Translations under genes and position numbers: made by a program
Shown: in pieces, positions 53,386 through 62,895 of the stretch
How positions within the stretch are numbered: the stretch's first letter is position 1
Layout of the letters: the number at the start of each line of letters is the position of its first letter
Notes under the pieces: model-generated
Told to the model about the DNA's origin: nothing
Databases searched by the model: none
The model's input: the letters and a program-made list of their open reading frames with translations, nothing else
Source: a virus
Lineage: Duplodnaviria > Caudoviricetes
DNA: 64,000 bases
Reading direction: 5' to 3' (one strand)
IMG/VR virus record: IMGVR_UViG_3300013901_000014
Location: 1 to 64,000 of that record

Positions 53386-55002
53386 ATGACGACAAAACAG
53401 GTTAAATTATCCCAAGTCAAGGTCAATAAGGAGAACCCTCGCACGATCACAAAGGACAAGTTCCAGAAGCTTGTAAACTCGCTGCTGGTGTTTCCTGACA
53501 TGCTCGAACTCCGTCCCGTCGTGGTTGACGCCCGCATGGTGGCGCTCGGCGGCAATATGCGCCTTAACGCCCTCAAGGAGATCTCCAAGATGGCCGGGGC
53601 CGAAATCGAGCGGCGGCTTGGGGATATGCCGGAGTACAGGGTGCTGACAGAGGCCGAGCGCCAGCGTCTCGTTGAGCGATGGACGGGCTGGCTCGGCAAC
53701 CCCTCGGTACCGGTAATCGACGCCCGCGCGCTGACAGAGGCCGAGCGCCGGCAGTTCATCATCAAGGACAATGTCAGCTTTGGTGCCTGGGACTACGATG
53801 AGCTTGCGAACAACTGGGAAGACACGCAGCTTGAGCAATGGGGCATGGACGTGTGGAGCTGGAACGACAGCCCGGCAGGGGGCGAGCCCGGCAATGCGTC
53901 ATCCTCTCCTTCCGATGCTCCGCTTGACGACGGGGAGGTCTACGATGTACAGGCTGAGGAGCCGAAAAAGACAGGCACCATCGAGAAGCGATTCCTAATA
54001 CCCCCGTTCTCGGTGCTGAACAGCAACAGCGGGAGGTGGAAAAAGCGCAGAAACTATTGGCTTTCGCTTGGAATAAAGAGCGAGATAGGACGGCACAAAG
54101 GACTCACATTTGCGTTGTCGGCGCAGCCTCCGGGGGCCTATGAGAAGAAGAGTAAACTCGAGGCGGAGCTTGGCCGAACCTTGGGCTGGGACGAGTTCGC
54201 CCAAATGTCCCCAGACGCCATCACTATGACTGGGACGTCAATATTCGATCCTGTAGTGTGCGAGCTGGCCTACCGATGGTTCATGCCGTCGGGCGACGGC
54301 CTTGTGATAGACCCGTTCTGCGGCGGCAGCGTGCGCGGCATAGTGGCCGCCCTCGTGGGCAAGCGGTATTGGGGTAATGACCTTCGCCAGGAGCAGGTGG
54401 ACGCTAACATTGCCAATGCCGGTGAGGTTTGCCACGGCAACATGATGCCCGCATTCTCATGCGGCGATAGCTGTGACATTAAAGTCCTGTATGACAACGG
54501 AGGCAAGGCCGATCTCATCTTCTCGTGCCCGCCATACGCAGACCTTGAGCGATACAGCGATGACGCGCGCGACATCTCAACGATGAAGTATCCCGATTTC
54601 TTGCAGAAATACAATGAGATCATCGCACAGGCCTGCTCCCTTCTCAAGGACGGCAGATTCGCGGTATGGGTCGTTGGGGAGGTGCGCGGCAAGGACGGCG
54701 AATACTATAACTTCGTTGGTGACACGATAGCGGCGTTCAAGGCCGCCGGGCTAAAATACTACAATTGCTTCGTGCTCTACAACAGCACTTGCAGTATAGC
54801 CATGCGCATAACACGGACATTTAAGACGCGTAAATGCGGCCCCTGCCATCAGTACGTTCTCGTGTTCTACAAAGGAGATCTTGCCAACATCAAGGACGAG
54901 TTCGAACCCGTCGACCTGTCATATTTGACCGAGACCGAGGGCGGTGACGATTTAAATGCTGAAGACGATGATGAAACAGACGAAACCAATGCGGATGAGT
55001 GA
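53386..55002 (+). CDS. ParB-N domain fused to DNA amino-methyltransferase
   Basis: N-terminal KENPRTI...RPVVVD...LGGNMRL; MTase motif I DPFCGGS and motif IV SCPPY. Confidence 0.85.
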   Translation: MTTKQVKLSQVKVNKENPRTITKDKFQKLVNSLLVFPDMLELRPVVVDARMVALGGNMRLNALKEISKMAGAEIERRLGDMPEYRVLTEAERQRLVERWTGWLGNPSVPVIDARALTEAERRQFIIKDNVSFGAWDYDELANNWEDTQLEQWGMDVWSWNDSPAGGEPGNASSSPSDAPLDDGEVYDVQAEEPKKTGTIEKRFLIPPFSVLNSNSGRWKKRRNYWLSLGIKSEIGRHKGLTFALSAQPPGAYEKKSKLEAELGRTLGWDEFAQMSPDAITMTGTSIFDPVVCELAYRWFMPSGDGLVIDPFCGGSVRGIVAALVGKRYWGNDLRQEQVDANIANAGEVCHGNMMPAFSCGDSCDIKVLYDNGGKADLIFSCPPYADLERYSDDARDISTMKYPDFLQKYNEIIAQACSLLKDGRFAVWVVGEVRGKDGEYYNFVGDTIAAFKAAGLKYYNCFVLYNSTCSIAMRITRTFKTRKCGPCHQYVLVFYKGDLANIKDEFEPVDLSYLTETEGGDDLNAEDDDETDETNADE

Positions 55003-55561
55003 TTATCGCCGCGCGCAGATCCTGCGCCTTGACATAATCAGCGAGCTCTACAAGCGCGGCTACACGTACCGAGCCATTCGCGAGGAGGTGATGGCGCGGC
55101 TCGACCTCGACGCATACTCACTGCAGACCGTACACAAGGATGTGCAGCGCCTGCTGGCCGAGTGGCGAGCAACGCGCATCGAAAACGTTGACCTGAACAT
55201 GCAGCTCGAGCTGCAGCGTCTCGACGACCTCATTCGCGAGGCATGGGCGGCTTGGGACAAGAGCAAGATTGACTACGAGCACGAGCGCACACGGCAAACG
55301 GGCGTTCCCGGGGCTGGCGGCAGCGGGCAGCAGGGCGCATCTGTTGAGACCGTCAAGATAGAGAAGACGAGGGAAAACGTTAATGCATGCGGTGACCCCC
55401 GGTTCCTTGAGATGGTTCACAAACTGCTCATCGAGCGCCGCAAGATTCTCGGCCTCTACTCGCCAGAGAAGAAGGAGGTCACGGGAGGGATAGCAATCAG
55501 CAAAGAGATAACGATGGACGAGGCGCGAGGCCTGATAGCGGACCTCGAGGCCAACACTTAA
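54956..55561 (+). CDS. terS: terminase small subunit (phage B); start may be 54995
   Basis: HTH N-terminus; GDPRFL...RRKILGLYSPEK; directly precedes TerL. Confidence 0.7.
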   Translation: MLKTMMKQTKPMRMSDYRRAQILRLDIISELYKRGYTYRAIREEVMARLDLDAYSLQTVHKDVQRLLAEWRATRIENVDLNMQLELQRLDDLIREAWAAWDKSKIDYEHERTRQTGVPGAGGSGQQGASVETVKIEKTRENVNACGDPRFLEMVHKLLIERRKILGLYSPEKKEVTGGIAISKEITMDEARGLIADLEANT

Positions 55562-55576
55562 CTAACGACAACGGCG

Positions 55577-57013
55577 ATGGCGGCAACAGCGACAACGGCA
55601 ATAACCCATGAGGGCGTGACGAGGGCGTGGACAATGCAGTCCATGCTCAACTTCACGCGCTATTTTTTCGCTGCGGCCAACCCCGGCAAGAGATACGTGG
55701 TAGGTGACCACCACCGCGCCATTTGCGCAAAGCTCGACGACGTGTTCCAGGGTCGATGCCGCCGCCTGATCATCAACATCGCGCCCCGATATGGCAAGAC
55801 CCTCCTGGCCGTTCACAGCTTCATTGCCATGGGCCTCGCGCTCAACCCGCGGGCTCGGTTTATCCATTTGAGCTATTCGGGCGCGCTGGCCCAGGACAAC
55901 AGCATGGCCATCAAGGACATCATCAACAGCGACAAGTATCGCGCGCTCTTCGACACTCGCATCAAGTATGGCAGCGACACCAAGAGCTGGTGGGACACCG
56001 AGCAGGGCGGCGGCGTTTACGCAACCTCCACCCTTGGCCAGATTACCGGCTTCGGAGCCGGCCTTGTGCCCAAGCCTGGCGAGCCATACCGCTTCGGCGG
56101 GGCAATCGTGATAGACGACCCCATCAAGCCCGAGGATGCCCTGAGCGATGTGGTGCGCGAGCGCGTGAACCGCCGCTTCGAGACCACAATCCGAAACCGC
56201 GTGAACGACCGCAACACGCCCATCATAATCATCATGCAGCGCCTCCACGAGCACGACCTTTGCGGTTACCTCGAAGGCCTCGAGCCGGACGGATGGGAGG
56301 TCCTCTCGCTGCCATGCATCAAGGAGGATGGGCAGCCGCTATGGCCATTCAAGCACAGCCTCGAGGAGCTGCGGGGCATAGAGGCGGCGAACGCATTTGT
56401 ATTTGAAACGCAGTACATGCAGAACCCGCGCCCGCTCGAGGGCCTGATGTATTCGGGCTTCAAGACATACGACACCCTGCCCACCGAGCCAATGCGCCGC
56501 TGCAATTATACCGACACGGCCGACACGGGCGCCGACTATTTGTGCAGCATCTGCTACAGCCGCACGGCTGCGGGCGAGATATACGTGACCGACGTGCTCT
56601 ATACCCAGAAGCCGATGGAGTACACCGAGCCCGAGACCGCCCGACTGCTGATGCGCAACGACACCGACCAGGCCGTGATCGAGGGCAATAACGGCGGCCG
56701 CGGCTTCGCCCGCAACGTGGAGCGGCTCGTGCGCCAGACGGGCAACACCTGGATGCGCATATCCACATTCACGCAGACGGCCAACAAGGCCGTGCGCATA
56801 TTCACCCACAGCGCCGATGTCCAGAACATGGTGCGCTTCCCCGTGGGCTGGGAGACGCGCTGGCCCGCGTTCTACAACGCCCTGACCAGTTACCGCAAGG
56901 AGGGCGGCAACGCCCACGACGACGCCCCGGACGCGCTCACGGGGGCATTCGAGCGCTCCAGCGGCCGCGCCACTCTCGACGTCGGGCGCATCGCCGCCAG
57001 GATAAACCGATAA
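55577..57013 (+). CDS. terL: terminase large subunit (phage B)
   Basis: IINIAPRYGKT Walker A, IVIDDPIK Walker B, YTDTAD and HDDAPDALTG nuclease motifs. Confidence 0.92.
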   Translation: MAATATTAITHEGVTRAWTMQSMLNFTRYFFAAANPGKRYVVGDHHRAICAKLDDVFQGRCRRLIINIAPRYGKTLLAVHSFIAMGLALNPRARFIHLSYSGALAQDNSMAIKDIINSDKYRALFDTRIKYGSDTKSWWDTEQGGGVYATSTLGQITGFGAGLVPKPGEPYRFGGAIVIDDPIKPEDALSDVVRERVNRRFETTIRNRVNDRNTPIIIIMQRLHEHDLCGYLEGLEPDGWEVLSLPCIKEDGQPLWPFKHSLEELRGIEAANAFVFETQYMQNPRPLEGLMYSGFKTYDTLPTEPMRRCNYTDTADTGADYLCSICYSRTAAGEIYVTDVLYTQKPMEYTEPETARLLMRNDTDQAVIEGNNGGRGFARNVERLVRQTGNTWMRISTFTQTANKAVRIFTHSADVQNMVRFPVGWETRWPAFYNALTSYRKEGGNAHDDAPDALTGAFERSSGRATLDVGRIAARINR

Positions 57014-57046
57014 CACCGATTTTCACTTTTTACGCACATTAGACAC

Positions 57047-58435
57047 ATGACTGTAGATGAGATTTTGAACAGCGGCGGCACAATAGAGGAAATCATCGCC
57101 GCCTTGAAGAACAAGACGCTGGCCGTGCCCCTGTGGACGGGGCCGAAGGGACTGCAATCCGAATACGACCCGCGGCTGCACCCGGTAATGGACCGGGCCA
57201 AATACCCCGATATCGTGACCGCCGACGGCGTGACACGGGTAACGCGCATCCCGTGCGACCTCCAGCGCCTGGCCACCAAGCGAATGACGGAGCTCGTTTG
57301 TGGCATCCCCGTGAAGCGGGTTTACAAGGCCGAGAGCGAGCGCCAGAACGAGATTGCCGGCTACATCGAGGCCGTGCTCCAGCGCAACCGCATTGACAGC
57401 GTGAATGTCGAGCGCTGCAACATGCTTTTTGCCGGCTGCGAGGTAGTAACGCTCTGGTTTGCGGCCGCCCAGCCGAACACCGATTACGGGTTTGGCAGCC
57501 CCCTGAAGCTGCGATGCCGCAATTTCAGCCCCATGCTGGGCGACAGCCTCTATCCGCTATTTGACGAGTATGGCGACATGATAGCGCTGAGCGTTGGCTA
57601 CGCCCGCAAGGTAAACGGCAACCGCGTGGAGTATTTCGACTGCTACACGGCCGACCGCCACATCAAGTGGAGCGACGCATCGGGGCAATGGGCCGAGGAG
57701 GAGCACGAGCTGACCACCGTGGGGAAGATACCCGCGGTTTACGCCTGGCGCCCCGCGCCTGTTTGGGAGCAGTCATCGCCAATCGTCTACGAAATCGAGT
57801 GGTCGCTCAGCCGCAACGGCAACTATTTGCGCGAGAACAGCAAGCCGCTTTTTGTCGTGTTTGCAGACGAGGCCATCGCATACGGCGACGAGAAGGACGT
57901 GGACAAGGAGTTCAGGGCTGTTATGCAATACCCCAAGGGCAGCACCGCCCAGTACATCACCTGGCAGCAGGCCGTCGACAACCTCAAATTTTACGTAAGC
58001 GAGCTGCGCTCGCAGTTTTTCACGCAGCTCCAGCTCCCCGATTGGAGCTACGAGAAGATGAGCAGCATCGCCCTGAGCGGAGAGAGCCGCAAGCAGTTGT
58101 TCATCGACGCCCAGATGAAGGTGAAGGACGAGAGCGGCCGCCTGCTGGAGTTTTTCGACCGCGAGGTTAACGTGATAAAGGCATTTCTCAAAATCGCCCT
58201 GGGGGCCGCGTACGAGGCCGACATCGACGCCCTGCGCGTGGAGACGGTCATCACCCCGTTCACCATCACCGATGAGACGGACACCGTCAACCGCCTGACC
58301 GCGGCGACGGGCGGCAAGGCCATCATGAGTCAGCGCGAAGCCATCCAGGAGTTCGGCCACAGCAGCGACCCCGACAAGACGCTGCAGGAGATAGCCGAGG
58401 AGGGCCGCCTCGACGCAATGGACATGGCCATGTGA
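57047..58435 (+). CDS. SPP1 gp6-like portal protein
   Basis: 462 aa after TerL; ALSGESRKQLFIDA and IMSQREAI motifs. Confidence 0.85.
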   Translation: MTVDEILNSGGTIEEIIAALKNKTLAVPLWTGPKGLQSEYDPRLHPVMDRAKYPDIVTADGVTRVTRIPCDLQRLATKRMTELVCGIPVKRVYKAESERQNEIAGYIEAVLQRNRIDSVNVERCNMLFAGCEVVTLWFAAAQPNTDYGFGSPLKLRCRNFSPMLGDSLYPLFDEYGDMIALSVGYARKVNGNRVEYFDCYTADRHIKWSDASGQWAEEEHELTTVGKIPAVYAWRPAPVWEQSSPIVYEIEWSLSRNGNYLRENSKPLFVVFADEAIAYGDEKDVDKEFRAVMQYPKGSTAQYITWQQAVDNLKFYVSELRSQFFTQLQLPDWSYEKMSSIALSGESRKQLFIDAQMKVKDESGRLLEFFDREVNVIKAFLKIALGAAYEADIDALRVETVITPFTITDETDTVNRLTAATGGKAIMSQREAIQEFGHSSDPDKTLQEIAEEGRLDAMDMAM

Positions 58436-58725
58436 TGATGAGAAGGAGCACAAACAACCGCAAGCCGATAGGCGCCGTCCCCGCCCGGCAGGAGGCACCT
58501 GTCCGCCATTGCTGGGATTGCGATCTCGTGGCTGACACCTATGGCGTGAACCGGGCGGGCGCTCCGATCCTTTGCCAATGCCCGCATGGGGGCAAGCACT
58601 ATCACTTTTTGTCCGATACCGCCTGTGCGCATTTTAGGGCCGCAGACGCAACCAAGCAACAGCAACAGACAGCACATGACCGAGGAGGAAAGACGCGCGC
58701 AGCGGGCGCGCATTGCAGCGATTGA
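58432..58725 (+). CDS. small Cys/His-rich hypothetical protein
   Basis: CWDC...CQCPH...C..F, possible Zn site. Confidence 0.5.
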   Translation: MMMRRSTNNRKPIGAVPARQEAPVRHCWDCDLVADTYGVNRAGAPILCQCPHGGKHYHFLSDTACAHFRAADATKQQQQTAHDRGGKTRAAGAHCSD

Positions 58726-61030
58726 GCGCAAGTATAACCAAACCCATCTGCGCAACCTCGCGCAATATCAGGCGGAGATTACGCGCATATTCGAGGACGT
58801 GGCCCAGGAGGCCGCGCGCCTCGGCGTGACCCTTGACGCCCCCGGTGGGCGGATGCTTTCCTTCAACGACCTGCCCGCTGCCAAGCGCCGCGTCAACGCC
58901 ATGCTTAAGGCCATGCGCAAGCGGCTGGAGGCGGCGGTGGTCAACGGCATAGACGCGGAGTGGGCGCTCGCCAACGGCAAGAACGATGCCGTCGTCGAGC
59001 AGATAGCGGCTGCGGGGCTGACGAAGGGCGACACGAAGGTCTACTTCAACAGCCACGCTGCCGCCCTCAAGGCGTTCAAGGCACGCAAGACGGCGGGCAT
59101 AGGGCTGAGCCGCCGCGTGTGGAACCTTACGCAGCAGTACAAGAGCGAGCTCGAGATGGCGCTCGACTGCGGCATCCGCGACGGGCTGTCGGCACAGGAG
59201 ATGGCCCGGCAGCTGAAGCAGTACCTGAATTATCCCGACAAGCTGTTCAGGCGGGTGAGGGACGAGCACGGGGTGCTCCAGCTGAGCAAGGCGGCTGCGG
59301 CGTTCCACCCGGGCCGCGGCGTGTACCGCAGCAGCCACAAGAATGCGCTGCGTCTGGCCGGCACCGAGACGAACATCGCCTACCGCACGGCCGACCACGA
59401 GCGCGTCCAGGCCCTCGATTTCGTCCTCGGCATAAAAATCGTACTGAGCAACAACCACACCATCCGCAACAGCAAGGGCCAGCGGGTGCCGCTGACCGAC
59501 ATCTGCGACGAGCTGGCGGGCAGCTACCCCAAGGGCTTCAAGTTCACGGGGTGGCATCCGAACTGCCGCTGCCATACCGAGACAATCCTCCTGAGCGGTG
59601 CGGACTTCGAGAACTTCATCAAGGCCAAGCGCGAGGGGCGGGCCTACGACATCACCAAGGCCAGGGGCTACGTGGCCGAGCCACCCGCGGCATTCAAGGC
59701 CTGGGTGAAGGGCAACGCGGGGCGCATTGCCGCAGCGGCCAAGGCGGGCACCACGCCCTACTTCATCAAGGACAACCAGGGGGCCGTGGACGCGCTGCTC
59801 GGCCAGTCCAAGGCGGCATCGAAGCCCGCGGCGTCGACCCAACCCGCACAGGTTGCAAAGGAGCCAACCGAGATTGAGGCATTGGCCAAGAGGCTGGGCA
59901 TCGAGGCAGGCGAGCCGATGACGCATGAGCAGGCAAACACCATGAGGCCGAACCCCCACTTCCAGGAGGATGAGCAATATCAAATCAACTGCCAAAGCGC
60001 GGTCGTGACATACGAGCTGCGCCGCCGCGGCCTGGATATTGAGGCGTTCGGAAATCCGGGCTCACCGGATTACGCACCCAGATGGCTGTCATACAACACG
60101 CGCGCCGCATGGCTTACGGACGATGGCAAGCTCCCCGAATGGATATATCGCGTGAGAGAAGTGAAGGGGTGGACCGCGGACAAACTTGGACGGGCGCGGC
60201 GCACATACGAGAAGCCCGATGAGGTATGGCTGGACTTCGCAGATAAGACTAAGGCGCCGGGGCGCTATCACATCAGCTGGACCTGGAAAAATGAAAGAGC
60301 GGGTCACATAATAACGATGGAAGTCAGCGAGAAAGGCCGCCGAAGTTTTTATGACCCGCAGACGGGCCAAAACTCAAGGACCATCATCACGTGGCTCATG
60401 GATGGCCGCAAATGCCGGATTGACCTGGACAAAGGCATCTGGGGCTACCGGGTAGACAACGCCCACCCGAATGCCGAGATTGTAAGGGGCGTTGTCAAGA
60501 AGGCGGGGTCGAAGGCGAAGACGCCAAAGATCAGCGCCGAGGCGAAGGACGCATTCCTCAAGCTCCAAAACGGGAAGAACTGGACGCAGGCGGGGGCAAC
60601 ATCGCAAGTTGGGGCAGGAAGGGATCCGGGTATATTTCAGAAACAAAAAGAGGTCAGAAAAGACAGAAGCAAATTTGTGACTTCTGTATTAAAAGATTGT
60701 CCAGGTACAAAAACGGGTAAACTTTGGCATAATGGCCAGTCAAGAAAAGCCGTTATCGCACATTTGCGCCACGAGGAGGAAATCCCCGCGGCGGAATATG
60801 CGTGGAGCAATCCGCAAGAGCTGCATTTCGTCAAAAAAAGTCCATTAGGAGAGGGAAAAGACATGTCGACAGAGAAAGCGCAAAATAACATTGCACGAAA
60901 AACAGCACGCGGGGTGCAATATTATAACTTGTACGAATTTGAGTTCAACGGGAAAACATGGCACATGAAAATGGAGGTCATACAAAAAGGGGCGGCTCTT
61001 TTTGAGCAGTTTTACAGTTTAGTCCCATAG
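58676..61030 (+). CDS. MuF (SPP1 gp7-like) minor head protein with papain-fold toxin-like and nuclease-like C-terminal domains
   Basis: MuF motifs RLAGTETNIAY and WHPNCRC; NCQS...GHII...YDPQ Cys-His-Asp triad; AT-richer terminal domain at about 60640-61030. Confidence 0.85.
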   Translation: MTEEERRAQRARIAAIERKYNQTHLRNLAQYQAEITRIFEDVAQEAARLGVTLDAPGGRMLSFNDLPAAKRRVNAMLKAMRKRLEAAVVNGIDAEWALANGKNDAVVEQIAAAGLTKGDTKVYFNSHAAALKAFKARKTAGIGLSRRVWNLTQQYKSELEMALDCGIRDGLSAQEMARQLKQYLNYPDKLFRRVRDEHGVLQLSKAAAAFHPGRGVYRSSHKNALRLAGTETNIAYRTADHERVQALDFVLGIKIVLSNNHTIRNSKGQRVPLTDICDELAGSYPKGFKFTGWHPNCRCHTETILLSGADFENFIKAKREGRAYDITKARGYVAEPPAAFKAWVKGNAGRIAAAAKAGTTPYFIKDNQGAVDALLGQSKAASKPAASTQPAQVAKEPTEIEALAKRLGIEAGEPMTHEQANTMRPNPHFQEDEQYQINCQSAVVTYELRRRGLDIEAFGNPGSPDYAPRWLSYNTRAAWLTDDGKLPEWIYRVREVKGWTADKLGRARRTYEKPDEVWLDFADKTKAPGRYHISWTWKNERAGHIITMEVSEKGRRSFYDPQTGQNSRTIITWLMDGRKCRIDLDKGIWGYRVDNAHPNAEIVRGVVKKAGSKAKTPKISAEAKDAFLKLQNGKNWTQAGATSQVGAGRDPGIFQKQKEVRKDRSKFVTSVLKDCPGTKTGKLWHNGQSRKAVIAHLRHEEEIPAAEYAWSNPQELHFVKKSPLGEGKDMSTEKAQNNIARKTARGVQYYNLYEFEFNGKTWHMKMEVIQKGAALFEQFYSLVP

Positions 61031-61032
61031 GC

Positions 61033-61115
61033 ATAAAAAATCCCAGTCCCTGCCCACTTAAGAGCCGGCGCGTTCATACCCACGCCTTGCGACTGAGATT
61101 CTCAGTGCAAAAGTA
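61033..61115 (-). ncRNA. candidate antisense sRNA directly after the MuF-toxin stop
   Basis: Minus-strand TACTTTTG at 61108-61115; 10-bp stem AAUCUCAGUC/GACUGGGAUU complete only on antisense strand; U-tract tail. Confidence 0.6.
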
Positions 61116-61200
61116 GTACTTTTTTTCGACCCACGAAACAATCAGTATCAAAAAAAGTATTAAATTTGCCCTGCTATAAAACATTTAACAACATTTTGGC

Positions 61201-61347
61201 ATGGAAGATTTTAAGAACAAAGTGGCGGAGCTGGCCGAAATCCTGCTCCAGATGAAATGGGCGTATCCCAACGGGTATCAACAGCTGCTGCGTGAGGCCC
61301 AAAGGCTTTTCGAGGAATTGTCCGACCCCAGCGGCTGGGAGGAGTAA
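61201..61347 (+). CDS. 48-aa hypothetical protein (not in ORF track)
   Basis: ATG 61201 follows TAAATTTG promoter at 61161; MEDFKNKVAEL...WEE. Confidence 0.6.
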   Translation: MEDFKNKVAELAEILLQMKWAYPNGYQQLLREAQRLFEELSDPSGWEE

Positions 61348-61373
61348 AGCCACCACGAACACGGCAAACAAAA

Positions 61374-61601
61374 ATGGAAGAAGAAAAAACAATCATGCGC
61401 GAGCGCCTGGAGGATTTAAGGCTCGCAATTTCATGGCGCGACATTGCAAACCGATATTTTAGCAAATCGGCCTCCTGGCTGTACCACAAGCTCGACGGCA
61501 TCGATAGCAAAGGCGGTTTTACCGAGGAGGAGGCGGAGCAGCTGAAGCGCGCGCTTTACGACCTTTCGGACCGGATAAGAGCCGCCGCCGATAAGATATG
61601 A
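61374..61601 (+). CDS. DUF5053-like Bacteroidetes HTH protein
   Basis: ISWRDIANRYFSKSASWLYHKLDGID...GGFTEEEAEQLK. Confidence 0.8.
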   Translation: MEEEKTIMRERLEDLRLAISWRDIANRYFSKSASWLYHKLDGIDSKGGFTEEEAEQLKRALYDLSDRIRAAADKI

Positions 61602-61642
61602 CAACATCGCCCACCGGTGGGCAAAATAAAAAAAAACACATT

Positions 61643-62059
61643 ATGAGAAAAATCAGAGAAATCATCGTCCACTGCTCGGCCACACCCGAGGGCAAGGACT
61701 TCACCACGGCCGACATCGACCGCTGGCACAAGGCCCGCGGCTTCCGCTGCATCGGCTACCATTATGTGATTTACAGAGACGGCAGCGTCCACCGCGGCCG
61801 CCCGGAGGCCGATGTCGGCGCGCATTGCACCGGGCACAACGCCGCGAGCATCGGCGTTTGCTACATAGGCGGCTGCGCGGCCGACGGCAGGACACCGAAG
61901 GACACCAGGACGGCAGCCCAGAAGGCCGCGCTGCTGAAACTCCTCACCGAACTCAAGCACCGCTATCCGTTAGCAACGATCCACGGGCACCGCGACTTCG
62001 CGGCCAAGGCCTGCCCGAGCTTTGACGCCACAACCGAGTATCGCTGCATAAAGGCATGA
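61643..62059 (+). CDS. N-acetylmuramoyl-L-alanine amidase endolysin (T7-like, Amidase_2)
   Basis: IIVHCSAT, IGYHY, GAHC, SIGVCYIGG and GHRD...KACPSF motifs. Confidence 0.92.
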   Translation: MRKIREIIVHCSATPEGKDFTTADIDRWHKARGFRCIGYHYVIYRDGSVHRGRPEADVGAHCTGHNAASIGVCYIGGCAADGRTPKDTRTAAQKAALLKLLTELKHRYPLATIHGHRDFAAKACPSFDATTEYRCIKA

Positions 62060-62550
62060 AGAAGACAATGATTGCGGCCGTGATTGCCGCGGCCTGGGCC
62101 GGATGGTGGCTGGCCGAACGGAGGGCGGCCAGCCAAGGCGAAACCCTCGTGCGCGTTGACACCATCACACGCACCGACACGATTATCGCCCGCGCCCCCG
62201 CGGCGCGCGGATGCACGCTGGTGAGATACATCACCGTGCGGGCGCCCGCAGTGCGCGGGGACACCGCCACAGGCGCCCACGAGGCTACGGGGGACACCGC
62301 CGAGGTGGCCCTGCCGATAACGCAGCTGCGCTACACCGACGACAGCACCTACACGGCGTGGGTGAGCGGCTACCAGCCGCGGCTCGACAGCATACGCACC
62401 TACAGGCGCACGGCCACCATCACGCGTGAAATCACGCGCCAGGCACCGCGCAGCCGCTGGGGCCTCGGCGTGCAAGCCGGCTACGGCCTGACCCCGCACG
62501 GGTTCCAGCCGTATATCGGTCTGGGTATAAATTATCGAATCGGAAAATAA
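62056..62550 (+). CDS. lysis-associated (spanin-like) protein
   Basis: N-terminal TM, DTxxxxDT beta repeats, LPITQ...YTAWVSGY...LDSI, C-terminal WGLGVQAGYG. Confidence 0.6.
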   Translation: MKKTMIAAVIAAAWAGWWLAERRAASQGETLVRVDTITRTDTIIARAPAARGCTLVRYITVRAPAVRGDTATGAHEATGDTAEVALPITQLRYTDDSTYTAWVSGYQPRLDSIRTYRRTATITREITRQAPRSRWGLGVQAGYGLTPHGFQPYIGLGINYRIGK

Positions 62551-62561
62551 AAAAGAGAAAA

Positions 62562-62789
62562 ATGAAGCAGAAATATTTGCAAGAAGCAAAAAAGATGGCC
62601 CGGAATTTGGGCTATCACGACGCGGTGCGCCGCGGCACCTGGAACGGCTACGAAGTGGTCGCTCCGGTATTCACCGACAACGAGATGCACATCATCGGCC
62701 TGCCGCAATACATCCTTTACAAGGACGGCAAGCTGAACTGGACCAAAGGCATGGAGGGGCTCAAAATCATGAGTGCGCTGATGGGTTAA
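62562..62789 (+). CDS. small protein, candidate immunity protein of the MuF papain-like toxin
   Basis: 75 aa, GTWNGYEVV...IGLPQYIL; AT-richer; position downstream of MuF. Confidence 0.45.
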   Translation: MKQKYLQEAKKMARNLGYHDAVRRGTWNGYEVVAPVFTDNEMHIIGLPQYILYKDGKLNWTKGMEGLKIMSALMG

Positions 62790-62864
62790 CCACATTATTA
62801 ACAACGTAGCAATGTAAAAGTTATGAAAATTATGTATTTGCATTGAAAATCGAAAAATTATCTG

Positions 62865-62872
62865 TATATTTG
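62865..62872 (+). promoter_or_regulatory. promoter for head operon B
   Basis: TATATTTG 24 nt before ATG 62896. Confidence 0.55.
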
Positions 62873-62895
62873 CCGAAAACAAACGTTTGCACAAA

